32,000 nucleotides of DNA from Candidatus Electrothrix sp. GW3-4 (GCF_037902255.1 NZ_CP147990.1:3990001-4022000), one strand, 5' to 3'; shown: positions 9,536-18,068, numbered from the stretch's first letter. Notes: a model not told the origin generated them from the letters alone. Program-made: numbers and translations.

Positions 9536-9961
9536 TTAACTGAACATATCCAATCGCCGTTGATGCCTACCACCGACAAATGCTGTTTCCACCCAGGTCC
9601 TGACGATGTCCAAAGCGATTTCTGGCCCGATCACCCGCCCGCCGAGACAGAGTACATTGGAGTTGTTATGTTCCCGACTCATTCTCGCAGTAAAGGCCTC
9701 ATGGCAGAGCGCTGCCCGGATCTCCTTATATCGGTTGGCGGCAATGGACATACCGATACCGGTTCCGCAGACCAAGATCCCGCAGTCACAAGTCCCTGTA
9801 CGGACAGCCGTGCATACTTTCTCAGCAAAATCAGGGTAGTCAACAGAATCCAGGGAGTGACAGCCCACAGATTCAACCTCCTGCCCAAGTTCGCCCAGAA
9901 ATTGAACGATAAGCTCCTTTAGCTCAAAGCCCCCGTGGTCACTGCCTACTGCAATTTTCAT
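9536..9961 (-). CDS. rpiB: Ribose-5-phosphate isomerase B
   Basis: RpiB/LacAB pattern MKIAVGSDHGGFELKE and CGTGIGMSIAANR. I chose the start at the internal ATG (9959-9961), which has a GGAGA RBS. The longer ORF from 9994 would overlap the fabF stop. Confidence 0.9.
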   Translation of the reverse strand: MKIAVGSDHGGFELKELIVQFLGELGQEVESVGCHSLDSVDYPDFAEKVCTAVRTGTCDCGILVCGTGIGMSIAANRYKEIRAALCHEAFTARMSREHNNSNVLCLGGRVIGPEIALDIVRTWVETAFVGGRHQRRLDMFS

Positions 9962-9983
9962 CTTTTTTCTCCAAGACAGCTCT

Positions 9984-11237
9984 TCAGCCTTCAAACCGTT
10001 TCATGATGATGACCCCGTTGGTCCCACCAAAGCCAAAAGAATTGGACATTGCCGCCCGAATTTTCATCTCCCGCGCTGTCTTAGGTACATAGTCGAGATC
10101 ACAGTTCGGATCCGGATTTTCCAGATTGACCGTCGGGGGAATACATTGATGATGCAGAGTCAAGGCGGTAAATGCCGCCTCAATGCCACCGGCTCCACCA
10201 AGCATATGGCCAGTCATGGATTTGGTGGAGCTAACAGCCAGCTTATAGGCATGGTCACCGAAGACGGCCTTGATCGCGGCGGTTTCGCAGCGATCGTTGA
10301 GCGGCGTCGAGGTCCCATGGGCATTGATGTAATCAATCTCATCAGGATGCATACCTGCGTTCCGCAGAGCCATCTTCATACAACGAACCGCACCTTCTCC
10401 GTTTTCCGGTGGGGCAGCTATATGGTAGGCATCACTCGATTGCCCATAGCCGACCATCTCAGCCAGGATCTCAGCTCCACGGGCACGAGCAAACTCAAAC
10501 TCCTCCAGGATAATCATGCCAGCGCCTTCAGCGATAATAAAACCGTCCCGATCTTTATCAAAAGGACGTGAAGCATGCTCAGGATCATCATTGCGGGTGG
10601 ACAAGGCCTTCATTGCTGCAAAACCGCCTACCGCCAAAGGACAGATAACTGATTCTGTTCCGCCCGTGACAGCGATATCGCAATCGCCGAACGCAATATG
10701 TCGATAGGCTTCCCCGACAGCATGCGTTCCAGCTGCGCAGGCAGTGGACAAGGCGAGGTTCGGTCCTTTGGCATTCAGATGCATGGAGATATGACCAGAT
10801 GGCATATTCGGGATCATCCTGGGCACCAGAAAAGGAGTAATCCGGCGTGGCCCCCTGTTCAGCAGAACACTATGGTACTCCTCAATAGTCGGCAGTCCAC
10901 CCATGCCACATCCGGTAATAACCCCGATACGCTCGGCCATTTCCTCGGTAATCTCTAAGCCGCTGGCCTTGACAGCCATGTCAGCGGCAGCAATACCGTA
11001 TTGGACAAAATGATCCAGATGTTTTGCCTGTTTTTTTTCAAACCAAAGGTCAGGGGTAAAATCCTTGACCTCAGCGGCAATCTGCGAGGTATGTGCAGAT
11101 GCATCGAAACGAGTGATAGGACCAATACCGCTCTGCCCGTTTACCAGCCCCTGCCATGTCTTGTCCGTTCCGGTTCCGAGCGGGGTGACTAATCCGACGC
11201 CAGTGACGACAACCCGACGCTGTGCATTCTTGACCAT
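9984..11237 (-). CDS. fabF: Beta-ketoacyl-ACP synthase II
   Basis: 417 aa. Active-site Cys in LSTACAAGTHA, and the His residues in INAHGTSTP and KSMTGHMLGGAGG. Confidence 0.95.
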   Translation of the reverse strand: MVKNAQRRVVVTGVGLVTPLGTGTDKTWQGLVNGQSGIGPITRFDASAHTSQIAAEVKDFTPDLWFEKKQAKHLDHFVQYGIAAADMAVKASGLEITEEMAERIGVITGCGMGGLPTIEEYHSVLLNRGPRRITPFLVPRMIPNMPSGHISMHLNAKGPNLALSTACAAGTHAVGEAYRHIAFGDCDIAVTGGTESVICPLAVGGFAAMKALSTRNDDPEHASRPFDKDRDGFIIAEGAGMIILEEFEFARARGAEILAEMVGYGQSSDAYHIAAPPENGEGAVRCMKMALRNAGMHPDEIDYINAHGTSTPLNDRCETAAIKAVFGDHAYKLAVSSTKSMTGHMLGGAGGIEAAFTALTLHHQCIPPTVNLENPDPNCDLDYVPKTAREMKIRAAMSNSFGFGGTNGVIIMKRFEG

Positions 11238-11429
11238 GCTAAAATAATCTGTAAATTTCCCTGTAATCTAGGCGTCAGCCTACACTTGCAGCTCTGAGCC
11301 CTAAAAATGGACCGATGGTCGCACAGTACGCTGACACCTTATCCCTGCTGGCACGATGCTCAAGAGTCGTCTGTTGGAACTCCCTAACGTTATTTATTAT
11401 CCAACGGACATATCTCTTCTATCAAGCCA

Positions 11430-11663
11430 TTATCCCTGGATTTTATCAACGTAGTCTATCGCATCCTGGACAGTGACGATCTTCTCGGCATCTTCGTCAG
11501 GAATCTCGACATCAAACTCTTCTTCCATAGCCATGATCAGTTCAACCAGATCTAGAGAATCCGCACCGAGATCATCAACAAAGGACGCTCCAGAAACTAT
11601 TTTTTCCTTATCAACACTGAGCTGTTCTTCAATAATATCGATCATTTTGTCTGCAACTGCCAT
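11430..11663 (-). CDS. acpP: Acyl carrier protein
   Basis: 77 aa from the internal ATG at 11661-11663, with an AGGAG RBS 8 nt upstream. Phosphopantetheine site [13 protein letters not shown]. The 118-aa ORF extension is not ACP-like. Confidence 0.95.
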   Translation of the reverse strand: MAVADKMIDIIEEQLSVDKEKIVSGASFVDDLGADSLDLVELIMAMEEEFDVEIPDEDAEKIVTVQDAIDYVDKIQG

Positions 11664-11888
11664 TCTTTTTCTCCTGAATTGGTTATATGTAGCAAAAGAG
11701 TTCGAGAACACCCGTTCCGAACGATAGTTTCCACATTTGATTTTTTTATGAAAGTTCCGGGTAAGGCATTCAAGTCGCTCAACCAACTTTCATCTCTTCT
11801 GAGCCACTCGCCATTTTTCATTTTTTATTATTCGGCCCACAAAGCCGAAATGACGGGAGATTAAAGGAAAATCGCCTGCTTCAGCAGG

Positions 11889-12638
11889 TCAATTTCCCAT
11901 GTACATCCCGCCATTCACATGCAGGGTCTGCCCGGTCATATATCCGCTCGCGTCCGCAGCCAAATACCCCACTGCTCCGGCTACATCCTCGGGGGTTCCG
12001 AGTGTACCCAGTGGGATCTCTGCCTTAATTTTTTCTTGAATATCTTCTGGAAGATCAGCGGTCATATCAGTAACGATATACCCTGGCGCCACGCAGTTCA
12101 CCGTGACCTGTCGTCCGGCCAGCTCCCTGGCCATGGACTTGGTCAGGCCGACCAGACCGGCCTTGGCTGAGGCGTAATTCACCTGCCCAGCATTGCCGAG
12201 AAAACCGATCACTGAGGTGATATTAATGATCCTGCCCCAACGTTTTTTCATCATACCGCGCATCGCCGCCTTGGAACAGGTAAAGGCACCTTTGAGATTG
12301 GTGTTCAGGACCGCATCCCAGTCATCATCCTTCATTCGGGCCATGAGTCCGTCTCTGGTGATGCCAGCATTGTTGACCAAAATATCCACTCCACCCTGCT
12401 CAGCCGTGATCGCCTTGAGAGCTTTTCCAACGGCCTTGCTGTCAGCGACGTCAAAGCCACTAATAAAACCTGTACCGCCTTGACCAGTGATCTCAGCTAA
12501 CACCTCTTCAGCCGCAGTAGAATTACTTACATAGTTAATGCCAACTGTCGCGCCTTGGCCAGCCAACTGCTGACAGATGGCCCTGCCGATTCCCCGACTT
12601 CCACCAGTTACTAATGCTATTTTTCCATCAAGCGACAT
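11889..12638 (-). CDS. fabG: 3-oxoacyl-ACP reductase
   Basis: 249 aa SDR. Motifs TGGSRGIG, NNAGI, YASAKAG, and the C-terminal GQTLHVNGGMYM typical of FabG. Its start overlaps the etfA stop by 11 nt. Confidence 0.93.
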   Translation of the reverse strand: MSLDGKIALVTGGSRGIGRAICQQLAGQGATVGINYVSNSTAAEEVLAEITGQGGTGFISGFDVADSKAVGKALKAITAEQGGVDILVNNAGITRDGLMARMKDDDWDAVLNTNLKGAFTCSKAAMRGMMKKRWGRIINITSVIGFLGNAGQVNYASAKAGLVGLTKSMARELAGRQVTVNCVAPGYIVTDMTADLPEDIQEKIKAEIPLGTLGTPEDVAGAVGYLAADASGYMTGQTLHVNGGMYMGN

Positions 12639-13827
12639 GACCGCGCTGCTCCTTTATCTTTTGGGTGAGCAAGGGAAGGATTTCAAACAGGTCTCCGACC
12701 AGCCCATAGGTGGCAAGGTCAAAGATCGGTGCCTTTTCATCCCGGTTGATAGCCACAATGGTTTCGGCAGATTGCATCCCCACAGTATGCTGGACAGCAC
12801 CAGAGATGCCGCAGGCGATGTAGAGTTTGGGACTCACCGTCTTCCCGGTTTGACCGACCTGACAGGGATAGCCGATCCAGCCAGCATCCACCGCAGCTCT
12901 GGAAGCGGAAACCGTCCCGTTCAGTTCACCGGCAAGATCCCGAAGCAAGGCAAAACCCTTTTCATCTGCCAGACCCCGACCACCGCTGACCAGGACCTCT
13001 GATTCGCGAATATTGCCCTGCTCTTCCTCACAGATCACCGTTTCCAGGACCTCAACCTTGGAGGTCAAGAGCTCAGGTGAGAGCTCCACCGCCATCACCT
13101 CACCAGTTCGGGAGGCATCGACCTCAACCGGGGCCATAACATTGGGTCGCACCGTGGCCATCTGCGGACGAGAACGGGGGCACTCAATGGTTGCCATAAT
13201 ATTACCGCCAAAGGCCGGTCTGGTCTGGAGGAGAACCCCGTCTTCAGAACGAATGGCCAGATCGGTACAGTCCGCCGTCAGGCCAGCGCCCAAGGCAGTC
13301 GCCACTTGCGGGATGACCGAACGACCAATGGCGGTCGCGCCAGCCAGCAGGACCTCGGGCTTATATTCGCTAATTAGGTGCTCCAGGACCTTGCCGTAGA
13401 CATCTTCACGGTACTGCGCCAAGGCCGGGTCATCAGCCAGCAAGACCTTATCCGCACCTGCCGTAATCAGCTCATCCGTCTTATCAGCCAAATCTGCCCC
13501 GAGCAAGACCGCTGTCAGAGGCGCCTGCCGCTGATCAGCTAATTGCCTGCCAATGCCCAGGAGCTCAAAGGCCACCGGGGCAATCTTCCCGTGCCTGGCT
13601 TCGGCAAAGACCCAGATGCCTGACCAGGCTGAGAGATCGGTCTGTTCCTTTTTCTCTGCCCCTTCAATGCACAGGGCGCCGACCTCGCAACTATCCACGC
13701 AGGAGCCGCAGAGGGTACAGGTGCCGCCTACCACGGCAATGCCGTCTTCAACGGTGATGGCACCAAAGGCACAGTTGGCCTCGCAAACGCCGCAGCCAAT
13801 GCATGCTTCGCTGTTAACAATAAGCAT
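12628..13827 (-). CDS. etfA: Electron transfer flavoprotein alpha subunit with N-terminal 2x[4Fe-4S] ferredoxin domain
   Basis: 399 aa. N-terminus has CIGCGVCEANC and CTLCGSCVDSC. The C-terminus has the EtfA FAD-binding pattern (LYIACGISGAVQHTVGM, VAINRDEKAPIF). Its ATG shares one base with the etfB stop (TAATG). Confidence 0.88.
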   Translation of the reverse strand: MLIVNSEACIGCGVCEANCAFGAITVEDGIAVVGGTCTLCGSCVDSCEVGALCIEGAEKKEQTDLSAWSGIWVFAEARHGKIAPVAFELLGIGRQLADQRQAPLTAVLLGADLADKTDELITAGADKVLLADDPALAQYREDVYGKVLEHLISEYKPEVLLAGATAIGRSVIPQVATALGAGLTADCTDLAIRSEDGVLLQTRPAFGGNIMATIECPRSRPQMATVRPNVMAPVEVDASRTGEVMAVELSPELLTSKVEVLETVICEEEQGNIRESEVLVSGGRGLADEKGFALLRDLAGELNGTVSASRAAVDAGWIGYPCQVGQTGKTVSPKLYIACGISGAVQHTVGMQSAETIVAINRDEKAPIFDLATYGLVGDLFEILPLLTQKIKEQRGHVA

Positions 13828-14606
13828 TATAAATATTCCTTGATCTCGTCCACCAATTGCTCAACCTGCTCTTCAACGGATCCTGAAAACATCCTCCGCT
13901 CCCCACGCGGTTCAGGAGAAAAGACCTTTGCTACCTGAGTGGGTGAACCAGCCAAACCGATGCACTCCTCCTCTGCGCCGATATCTGCGGCCGACAGCAC
14001 CTTGATCTCCGCCTTTTTCGCCTTCATTTTTCCCTTTAAGGAAGAAACCCGTGGTTCGTTGATATCCTTGACCACAGTGAGCAAGGCTGGAAGGGGGACT
14101 TGCACCACATCATAACCGTCATCCATCATCCGTTCCACCTGAATGGTGCTCTCGCTCACCTCGCGGGTTTTCTGGACGCAGGTGACATAGGGCAAATTCA
14201 ACTGATATGCCAATCCAGGACCAACCTGAGCTGTATCACCGTCAATGGCCTGTTTTCCACACAGAATCAGATCAGCATTTCCTACCGTCTCAACCGCTTT
14301 TGCCAAGGTGTAAGATGTCGCCCAAGTATCAGCCCCGGCAAAGGCCCGGTCAGACACCAAGACCCCTTCATCGGCACCGCAGGCAATAGCCTCCCGCAGG
14401 ACCTCTTCTGCCTGAGGCGGCCCCATAGACAGGACCGTGACCTTGCCACCGACTTTTTCTTTTACACTGACCCCCTCTTCCAAGGCATGACGATCAAAAG
14501 GGTTCATGATCGACTCCACGCTCTCCCTGGACATGGTATTGGTCTTAGGGTCCAGCCGGACATCCTTGGCATCAGGCACCTGTTTTATACAGACGACGAT
14601 ATTCAT
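13827..14606 (-). CDS. etfB: Electron transfer flavoprotein beta subunit
   Basis: 259 aa. Motifs MNIVVCIKQVPD and CGKQAIDGDTAQVGP, and overall EtfB/FixA pattern. Confidence 0.9.
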   Translation of the reverse strand: MNIVVCIKQVPDAKDVRLDPKTNTMSRESVESIMNPFDRHALEEGVSVKEKVGGKVTVLSMGPPQAEEVLREAIACGADEGVLVSDRAFAGADTWATSYTLAKAVETVGNADLILCGKQAIDGDTAQVGPGLAYQLNLPYVTCVQKTREVSESTIQVERMMDDGYDVVQVPLPALLTVVKDINEPRVSSLKGKMKAKKAEIKVLSAADIGAEEECIGLAGSPTQVAKVFSPEPRGERRMFSGSVEEQVEQLVDEIKEYL

Positions 14607-14635
14607 ATCATTTATTTATTGTTCCGGTAAAGAAG

Positions 14636-14665
14636 CGTAAGGGCACGGCGCGCCGTGCCCTTACG
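14636..14665. repeat. Perfect 30-nt GC-rich palindrome in the ACAD-etfB intergenic gap
   Basis: cgtaagggcacggcg|cgccgtgcccttacg is fully self-complementary with a GGCGCGCC centre. It sits in the 85-nt gap between the ACAD stop (14692) and the etfB start (14606). Confidence 0.85.
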
Positions 14666-14691
14666 GCTCCGCAAAAACGAGAATCTCAAAT

Positions 14692-15840
14692 TCAGGCGTA
14701 TTCCCTGTTCAGTTCCTGACCAATCACATTGCGCTGAATCTGATTGGTTCCCTCGTAAATCTGGAGGATCTTGGCATCCCGCATCATCTTCTCCACCGGA
14801 TACTCCTTCATGTACCCGTAACCACCCATGACCTGCACGGCATCCGTGGTCACCTTCATGGCCATATCCGTGGCAAAAACCTTACACATGGAGGAGCCCT
14901 TACTCATATCCTTGGGATGGGCATCAATATGGCGGGCTGTAGCATAGACTAAACTTCTGGCGGCCTCAACCTGGATCGCCATGTCTGCCAGCATATGCTG
15001 CACGGCCTGAAAACTAATGATCGGTTTATCAAACTGGACCCGCTGCTTGGCATAGACCGCTGCCTCATCAAGGGCAGCCTGTCCCAGCCCAACAGCAAGG
15101 ACAGCAATACTGGGGCGAGAAACATCAAGGGTCTTCATCACCGTAATAAATCCGGTGCCCTTTTTCCCTATCAGACGATCCTTGGGAATACGGCAATCTT
15201 TCATGATCAACTCACGGGTGGCCGAGGCCCGGATACCCATCTTATCTTCTTTTTTCCCGTAGGAAAACCCTGGGTCCCCGTCCTCAACGACAAAGAGCGA
15301 GGCACCGCGAATCCCCTTTTCCGGGTTGGTCAAGGCAAGAATCGTGTAAATTTGAGCCTCGCCCCCGTTGGTGATCCACTGCTTGGTGCCATTCAGGACC
15401 CATTCATCACCGTCAAGCACTGCGGTTGTTTTGATACCGGCTGCATCAGAACCGGCACCGGCCTCGGTCAGGCCGAAGGCGGCCCAGCGCGATCCCTCAG
15501 CAAGAGAGGGCAGATACTTTTCTTTCATTTCTTTGCTGCCCGCAATCAGCACAGGCAAGATGCCCAAGCCGTTGGCAGCAAAACTGGTCGCCACACCTAC
15601 ACAACCCCGGGCCAACTCTTCCAGGGCCAAAACAGTTTCAAAACAGCCACCGCCGAAACCGCCATATTCCTCAGGAACAAAGATGGAAAACAGGTCGGCC
15701 TTCGCGATATCCCGCAGGACATCACCGGCAAATTCATTTCGTTCATCAAGTTCAGCCCGCTTGGGAATAATCTTTTCCTCCGAAAGCTCACGGGCGGTAT
15801 CCTTGATCATTTGTTGTTCTTCAGTCAGAAAATAATCCAC
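14692..15840 (-). CDS. Acyl-CoA dehydrogenase family protein (short/butyryl-chain-like)
   Basis: 382 aa with a GTG start and AAGGAG 6 nt upstream. ACAD pattern: FGLTEAGAGSDA, WITNGG, and the C-terminal catalytic-base motif IYEGTNQIQR. Confidence 0.9.
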   Translation of the reverse strand: MDYFLTEEQQMIKDTARELSEEKIIPKRAELDERNEFAGDVLRDIAKADLFSIFVPEEYGGFGGGCFETVLALEELARGCVGVATSFAANGLGILPVLIAGSKEMKEKYLPSLAEGSRWAAFGLTEAGAGSDAAGIKTTAVLDGDEWVLNGTKQWITNGGEAQIYTILALTNPEKGIRGASLFVVEDGDPGFSYGKKEDKMGIRASATRELIMKDCRIPKDRLIGKKGTGFITVMKTLDVSRPSIAVLAVGLGQAALDEAAVYAKQRVQFDKPIISFQAVQHMLADMAIQVEAARSLVYATARHIDAHPKDMSKGSSMCKVFATDMAMKVTTDAVQVMGGYGYMKEYPVEKMMRDAKILQIYEGTNQIQRNVIGQELNREYA

Positions 15841-15866
15841 CTTTTTCTCCTTTTTCTCTGGCTATC

Positions 15867-16841
15867 TTACCAACGCATGAGCATGGAACCCCAAGTGAAC
15901 CCTCCGCCAAAGGAACAGAACAACACAAGATCGCCTTGTTCGAGACGATTCTGTCTATTGGCTTCATCAAGGGCTATTGGAATGCTTGCTGCGGAAGTAT
16001 TACCATATTTGTCGACGTTTATGAATACCTTTTCCTGATCAGCGCCGAGCCTTTCTGTTAACTTACTGAGAATTCTTATATTTGCTTGATGGGGAATGAT
16101 CAAAGAAATGTCATTAATGGCGATCTGCTGACGATTGAGCAGATCAAGAACAGCGTTTTCCATGGCCCGAACAGCGTACTTGAACACATCACGGCCGGTC
16201 ATCTGCATGAAACAGCCGTTACGCTCTTCGATGAGAAGATCTGGGTTACGACTGGCCGGACTGTCCATGTAAAGCAGCTTCCAGAGGCTGCCGTCGGAAA
16301 AGAGATTGCAGTCTACGATGCCTCGTTGCTCAGCGCCGGTGAGTACGCAGGCTCCAGCTCCGTCGCCGAACAGGATACAGGTATTACGATCCTGCCAGTT
16401 CATTCGGGCAGACAGGGTTTCTGAGCCGATCAACAAGACCTTCATCTCCGGACGTGCAGCAATATATTTCCCAGCCATATCAAGGCCATAAAGAAAACCA
16501 GAGCAAGCTGCGTTGAGATCAAAGGCAAAGGCCTTTTTCGCCCCGATTTCGGCCTGGACAAAGCAGGCGCAGGAGGGCATCATCATATGGGGCGTTAAGG
16601 TGGCAACAGCGACCAGATCAATCTCTTCAGCACGGACTCCGGCTGATGCCAGAGCTTTTTCTGCTGCCTGGGTTGCCAGTTGGTAGTTTTGCTCACCCTT
16701 GCCAGCGATACGCCGGGTCCGGATACCGGTACGGGCGGTAATCCATTCATCCGAGGTATCCACCATCTGTTCGAGGTCATCGTTTGTCAGCACCCGACGA
16801 GGTAAACAGGAACCGGTTCCAAGGACAACAGCACGGTGCAT
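15867..16841 (-). CDS. fabH: Beta-ketoacyl-ACP synthase III
   Basis: 324 aa. Active-site Cys in NAACSGFLYG, plus PHQANIRI and GNTSAASIP. Confidence 0.95.
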   Translation of the reverse strand: MHRAVVLGTGSCLPRRVLTNDDLEQMVDTSDEWITARTGIRTRRIAGKGEQNYQLATQAAEKALASAGVRAEEIDLVAVATLTPHMMMPSCACFVQAEIGAKKAFAFDLNAACSGFLYGLDMAGKYIAARPEMKVLLIGSETLSARMNWQDRNTCILFGDGAGACVLTGAEQRGIVDCNLFSDGSLWKLLYMDSPASRNPDLLIEERNGCFMQMTGRDVFKYAVRAMENAVLDLLNRQQIAINDISLIIPHQANIRILSKLTERLGADQEKVFINVDKYGNTSAASIPIALDEANRQNRLEQGDLVLFCSFGGGFTWGSMLMRW

Positions 16842-16860
16842 AAATCTTTCCTCTTAACAG

Positions 16861-17871
16861 CTACGCGGCGATATACTGTTGTAATGATTGGACAATAGAA
16901 TCGTTCACTTTATTTTCCACCAACTTAGCCGCCTCACCTATGGCGTTACAAATGGCTACCGATGACGATGAACCGTGGCAGATAATACCAATTCCATTGA
17001 TCCCGAGCAGGGGGGCGCCGCCGTATTCTGCATAATCCACCCGTTTGCGAAATGCGGCAAAGGCCTTGCGGATAAGGAGGTAGCCAACTTTTGCCTGGAT
17101 AGACTTCATAATTTCGTCTTTCAGCATCTGCATGGCCGCTTCAGCAAGCCCCTCACTGATTTTAAGGGAGATATTACCAACAAAGCCATCGCAAACCACG
17201 ACATCAAGCTCGCCGCTATAGACGTCACGCCCTTCCACATTACCGACAAAATTGAGATTACTAGCACTTAGCAATTCATGGGTTTCCTTGATCAAGGCAT
17301 TTCCCTTACCCGGTTCAGAGCCAATACTGAGCAAGCCAACACGAGGATTTTTCCTGTTTTGCAGAAGGGCATAACAGGAGGAAGCCATAACCGCGAATTG
17401 GAAGAGATGCTGAGGACGGCAGTCCACGTTGGCACCGATATCCATCAGCATGACCGGAGCCTTACGCGTCGGAAACAGACTGGCAATACCTGGGCGGGAA
17501 ACCCCTTCCAACCGCCCAAGCTTCCGTATGGCTGCCGCCATGGTTGCCCCGGAATGCCCCGCTGACACCACGGCATCTGCTTGCCCGTTTTTCACCAGGT
17601 CAAAGCCGCGCATTATGGTCGAGTCCTTTTTCTTGCGGATGGCTTCCACAGGTGACTCTTCCATCGTTACTGTCTCAGGGGCATGCTCAATAAGCAGTCG
17701 TCCAGCGACCCTACCAGAGTCACTCCGTTGCGCAACCCGTTCTTTCAGCAGATTTTCAGGCCCGAGCAAGATTATCGAAAGCGCCTTGTTTCTCCTGAGA
17801 GCAAGAAGAGCTCCGTCAATCAGGAATTCAGGGCCCTGATCACCGCCCATTGCATCAAGGGCTATCTTCAC
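16861..17871 (-). CDS. plsX: Phosphate acyltransferase PlsX
   Basis: 336 aa. MKIALDAMGGD N-terminus and the PlsX family pattern. Canonical position between rpmF and fabH. Confidence 0.95.
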   Translation of the reverse strand: MKIALDAMGGDQGPEFLIDGALLALRRNKALSIILLGPENLLKERVAQRSDSGRVAGRLLIEHAPETVTMEESPVEAIRKKKDSTIMRGFDLVKNGQADAVVSAGHSGATMAAAIRKLGRLEGVSRPGIASLFPTRKAPVMLMDIGANVDCRPQHLFQFAVMASSCYALLQNRKNPRVGLLSIGSEPGKGNALIKETHELLSASNLNFVGNVEGRDVYSGELDVVVCDGFVGNISLKISEGLAEAAMQMLKDEIMKSIQAKVGYLLIRKAFAAFRKRVDYAEYGGAPLLGINGIGIICHGSSSSVAICNAIGEAAKLVENKVNDSIVQSLQQYIAA

Positions 17872-17879
17872 AGGTCAGC

Positions 17880-18068
17880 CTAGTCCAGTTCGTCTCCGAA
17901 CTGATAAAAGGTTCTTCCTTTGTATGTCCCGCAGCCCGAACATAACTGATGCGGCATTTTTGGCTCACCGCATTCCGGGCAACGGCCTACGCTGGGACCG
18001 GTTAAAAAATCGTGCGCTCTCCGTTTTCGGGTTCGTGAGTGTGAATGTCGTCTCTTTGGTAATGCCAT
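17880..18068 (-). CDS. rpmF: 50S ribosomal protein L32
   Basis: 62 aa. MALPKRRHSHSRTRKRRAHD plus a CxxC...CxxC zinc ribbon. AGGAGGG RBS. Confidence 0.95.
   Translation of the reverse strand: MALPKRRHSHSRTRKRRAHDFLTGPSVGRCPECGEPKMPHQLCSGCGTYKGRTFYQFGDELD

Noticed and set aside
9962-9994. N-terminal extensions of track ORFs: rpiB 9994, acpP 11786, yceD 18734, rpe 22786, rhomboid 20860
   Set aside because: In each case an internal ATG preceded by a Shine-Dalgarno sequence starts exactly where family-typical sequence begins. The extensions overlap neighbouring genes or are non-homologous.
14995-16038. 347-aa plus-strand ORF (and the nested 15368-15835 ORF)
   Set aside because: It is antisense to the ACAD and fabH genes, has no motifs and a skewed composition. 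It is a shadow ORF of strongly supported genes.
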